Source: a virus (lineage: Duplodnaviria; Caudoviricetes). From it: a DNA stretch of 64,000 nt. Location of the stretch: positions 294 to 64,293 of IMG/VR virus record IMGVR_UViG_3300025030_000097; one strand, 5' to 3'. How positions within the stretch are numbered: the first letter of the stretch is position 1; each line of letters begins with the position of its first letter. Of the stretch, positions 61,289 to 64,000 are shown one piece after another. A program made the translations under genes and the position numbers. The notes under the pieces were generated by a model that worked only from the letters and a program-made list of their open reading frames with translations, searched no databases and had not been told where the DNA came from.

Positions 61289-61299
61289 TTGTGGTTTCC

Positions 61300-61746
61300 T
61301 TACTTGTCTTCAGTAGGCCATCTGTAAGCAACTACTTCGTAACTCCCCAGACCAAAACTAGATACCTTAACTTGGTCGCTCTGGTTCCCACCCAAAAGAT
61401 ATATCCTACCACCTTCAATCTTCTTGAAAAACCCGACATGATTACCTGATGCAGAGCCAGTAGCCTTATCCCCGCCTTTAAACTTCTGGCGTATTACTGT
61501 AATAGCACCCGCCTTCGGCTGGTCAAGTTTAGTACCCCATTTTATAAATGATGCTGCGGCTGCGCTGTTAGTTCCTTTAATACCAGCCGATTTAAGGCAC
61601 CAATTAACGAAGGAGGCACACCACGGAATTTCATCTTCCTTTGCTGCTAGAGAAGTGGCAGAGTGGTATTCTATAATTCTTTTATTTTCCCCACCCCTGA
61701 CTTCCCTAACGCCCATTTCCTTTTCAGCAATTTCCATCCATTTCAT
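61300..61746 (-). CDS. TIGR02594-like NlpC/P60 peptidoglycan hydrolase (endolysin candidate)
   Basis: DEIPWCASFVNWCL, HVGF, LGGNQ, RWP. Confidence 0.85.
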   Translation of the reverse strand: MKWMEIAEKEMGVREVRGGENKRIIEYHSATSLAAKEDEIPWCASFVNWCLKSAGIKGTNSAAAASFIKWGTKLDQPKAGAITVIRQKFKGGDKATGSASGNHVGFFKKIEGGRIYLLGGNQSDQVKVSSFGLGSYEVVAYRWPTEDK

Positions 61747-61755
61747 TTAATCCTC

Positions 61756-63420
61756 CTAAAATAATCCCAACTCTTTATACTCGCCCCAATAATTATCTTC
61801 GCTACTACAGTCCTTGCTGTAAAGGTCACAGTGGTTTGTAAAGTTCTTTCCGTGATTGATATGAACTGAAGAATTAATACAATGCCAAGGATTCCTTACT
61901 AAATCAGGTTCCAACATTACCTGACCTCTTAGCAAAGCCTCTTTAACTTTACTCTCAAAATGACCTATAGCATCACTAAAAAGCATAGTCATCTGGTGCA
62001 AAGGAATAGAGTCATGCACGTGCTCATAGCTCTGAAAGCCCTCAGAACAGACACCTTTTAAGTTTGTATTATAAATTGTCCCGCTAGCAAAGTCAGGGTA
62101 ATTGAAATAGCCCTCTGGGTAAAGTACGTCATGCTCTAAGAAGCTGACATATTTATAAGACCCCGTAGCCTCCGCTCGATAAAGCAACTGAAGAATCTGC
62201 AAAGTAATGTTCAGATGGTTGCTACTCTGGGTCTGTGCTATGAGTTCTGGGAAAGGATTATTTTCAATAGTCTTCCAAGTGCTCGTAAGTATATCTGCTT
62301 TGCCCTTAGATACCTTCTCCAAATTACCTAAAACATTACTCACAACATTATCGTCATTGTTATTTGTATAGAATATGCCAAGTCTGTTACAAGTGCCTTC
62401 TGGGATAATTAGATAACCACCTTCAGGAATTACTTTAGAGTACTCAACGTCATCCAGTTTGTACTTAACCGATAGGTGCTTTAGTATGCCTTCTTGGGGG
62501 TCCCAGCCTGCTAAGTTATTATTCACGCAGACATTAAGACCACTGCCCCTAACTAACCGGTTAAGATTAGCTGTTACGTTAGCCCCACCATATGATGCTT
62601 CTATAATCTCTAATTTCACATCCTTATCCTTTGTGGCAGTTATTTGAGCAGCTATTGAGTTAACCCTATCAGCGCCGAAATGTTCTTTTATCGGAGCTAA
62701 GTCAAGGCCTAGTTCATTAAAACCTATAATATAATTCCTTATCCTATCGTCATAGATCATAGGATAAGGTATATCTCCCATGCCCGTTTTGAATAGATGC
62801 ACCCAAGAAAGGAACGGAAGGCAGAGAGTTCTATGCCCTGCCTTTCTATACTTACTGTGAATATAACCCTCTTCCCCGCCAAAGCCTGCAAAGTCTGGGT
62901 TAAATCCTAGCCAAGCATCCTTCCTGCAAGCAAATAGCCCAAGCCCCTGCATAGGAATTTCGTAGGGTTCTGAGTTAGGGTCTATTGAAGCAGCTCGCCA
63001 AGTCCCCCACATACCACCCGCCCACTCGTCATTGAAAGCGTCTGCATAATTAACCAGATCGTCATACCTCAACGGACCTTGCAGAAGATCTTTACAGTCA
63101 GGATTTTTAGAAGTCCAATCTTTAAAGCTAGCCATAGCACCTTCTGTGAGTAAAACATGAGTGTCAATGCACATAACCCAGTCACCTAGAGCCTCTCTAA
63201 ATACAAGGTCTCTAGGTGCTGAAGTTCCTGTTTTTTCTGTGTAAAGGATGTAGCGAGTTCCGTGGGTACCGTCTATAAAACTCTTTAGACGTTTATCCCC
63301 ATAGTTATCTATCACTAAAATCTCAGTGTCTGTCGTATCCTGATACATTAGCAGAGACTGGATCGTGAACCATACTTCGGTAAAATTGTTATAACTCGCC
63401 ATTCCTATAGTTAGTTTCAT
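61756..63420 (-). CDS. Multidomain GT2-family glycosyltransferase
   Basis: LTIG..SYN, EILVIDN, ID.H, GFGGEE; middle A.YG...DP..G..K.L domain; second GT-like FLEHD..YP domain. Confidence 0.75.
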   Translation of the reverse strand: MKLTIGMASYNNFTEVWFTIQSLLMYQDTTDTEILVIDNYGDKRLKSFIDGTHGTRYILYTEKTGTSAPRDLVFREALGDWVMCIDTHVLLTEGAMASFKDWTSKNPDCKDLLQGPLRYDDLVNYADAFNDEWAGGMWGTWRAASIDPNSEPYEIPMQGLGLFACRKDAWLGFNPDFAGFGGEEGYIHSKYRKAGHRTLCLPFLSWVHLFKTGMGDIPYPMIYDDRIRNYIIGFNELGLDLAPIKEHFGADRVNSIAAQITATKDKDVKLEIIEASYGGANVTANLNRLVRGSGLNVCVNNNLAGWDPQEGILKHLSVKYKLDDVEYSKVIPEGGYLIIPEGTCNRLGIFYTNNNDDNVVSNVLGNLEKVSKGKADILTSTWKTIENNPFPELIAQTQSSNHLNITLQILQLLYRAEATGSYKYVSFLEHDVLYPEGYFNYPDFASGTIYNTNLKGVCSEGFQSYEHVHDSIPLHQMTMLFSDAIGHFESKVKEALLRGQVMLEPDLVRNPWHCINSSVHINHGKNFTNHCDLYSKDCSSEDNYWGEYKELGLF

Positions 63421-64000
63421 ATTAGACTCTTAGTTCCTACGCTTGTTTTAATTCTCACAGGTCCATCATTTGAGTATAGCGCAAATGATAGGATGCCGCT
63501 TGAAGTTTTAATTCTCAAAGGCCCGTTTTCAGATGTTTGAATAGGTACTTTGGTTGCCCCTGCAAGTAATGTTATAAACGGTATGAAAGGTGCTGCTGTT
63601 GTAGTCGTCGGTTGAGCAGTTGTGGTTGCTTGTATGGTTGTAGTTGTCGGTTGAGCAGTTGTAGTCGGGATTGACGTAGTTGTGGTAGCCGCCAAAGTCG
63701 TTGTAGGGACTAAGGTAGTTGTGGTTGTTGGCGGTAAAGTAGTCGTGGTGGTCGTAGTAGGAGTAGCTGTTGTAGTTGCCAGCGTAATCACCACCGTATC
63801 GCCCACCCCTGCGCTCACGTTCCCCGCTGCGTCCTTGGCCCATGCGTAGAGGGTGTTGCTTCCCTCAAAGCCGAACGTATAACTCGTCGGTGCTACTCCC
63901 CACCGCTCATCACTTTCCAGCGGGTCAGTGTCGGACTCGGACAAGATAAATGTACAGTCCGGCTCGTTGGCTGTGAGGGTTACAGGGACCGTTAACCCTG
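63417..64000 (-). CDS. 3' end of a large Ig-like/Thr-rich (virion or surface) protein, truncated by the window
   Basis: Frame is open to the window edge; YAWAKDAAGNVS; PTTT repeats; GP.RIKTS.G twice. Confidence 0.7.
   Translation of the reverse strand, partial: GLTVPVTLTANEPDCTFILSESDTDPLESDERWGVAPTSYTFGFEGSNTLYAWAKDAAGNVSAGVGDTVVITLATTTATPTTTTTTTLPPTTTTTLVPTTTLAATTTTSIPTTTAQPTTTTIQATTTAQPTTTTAAPFIPFITLLAGATKVPIQTSENGPLRIKTSSGILSFALYSNDGPVRIKTSVGTKSLI

Noticed and set aside
63560-63780. GTTGTG/GTAGTC-type tandem repeats as a DNA element
   Set aside because: Explained by the Thr/Pro-rich linker coded on the - strand
1-64000. tRNA/rRNA genes
   Set aside because: No cloverleaf with a T-loop GTTCRA and acceptor stem was seen by eye; tRNAscan-SE would be needed to exclude them fully

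Overview
The window is part of a large, AT-rich, apparently lytic dsDNA tailed-phage genome; I saw no rRNA, tRNA, CRISPR array or integrase. Bases 1-34.5 kb are a + strand accessory region. It holds many small ORFs plus tRNA/RNA maintenance genes (CCA-adding enzyme, GltX, RtcB), a radical SAM enzyme, an M28-like peptidase, an HD-GYP-like protein, a ThyX-like protein, DNA ligase, and a Prs-like + Nampt-like pair resembling the NARP1 NAD+ reconstitution pathway. Bases 36-60.6 kb carry a T5/SPO1-style replication and nucleotide module: DnaB, primase, PolA, 5'-3' exonuclease, SSB, SbcCD, RuvC, dUTPase, ClpP-like protease and NrdDG. After a bidirectional terminator, convergent - strand genes encode a lipase, an NlpC/P60-like hydrolase, a GT2 protein and a Thr-rich protein. 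Three free-standing homing-endonuclease-like genes are present. The most striking unexplained signals are: (1) an unrecognised ~100-120 aa domain present as 16 copies in 15 ORFs, with conserved ends and hypervariable cores; (2) at least 12 exact copies of the palindrome GGTAATTACC, mostly at gene junctions; (3) a four-member non-sigma70-like promoter motif GTRATAA-N16-GTATATAAT; (4) small genes bracketed by perfect direct repeats of the ribosome-binding region; (5) an apparently catalytically dead DNA-ligase paralogue; and (6) an origin-like structured intergenic region with a perfect antisense promoter. All calls come from motif reading by eye, with no database search.
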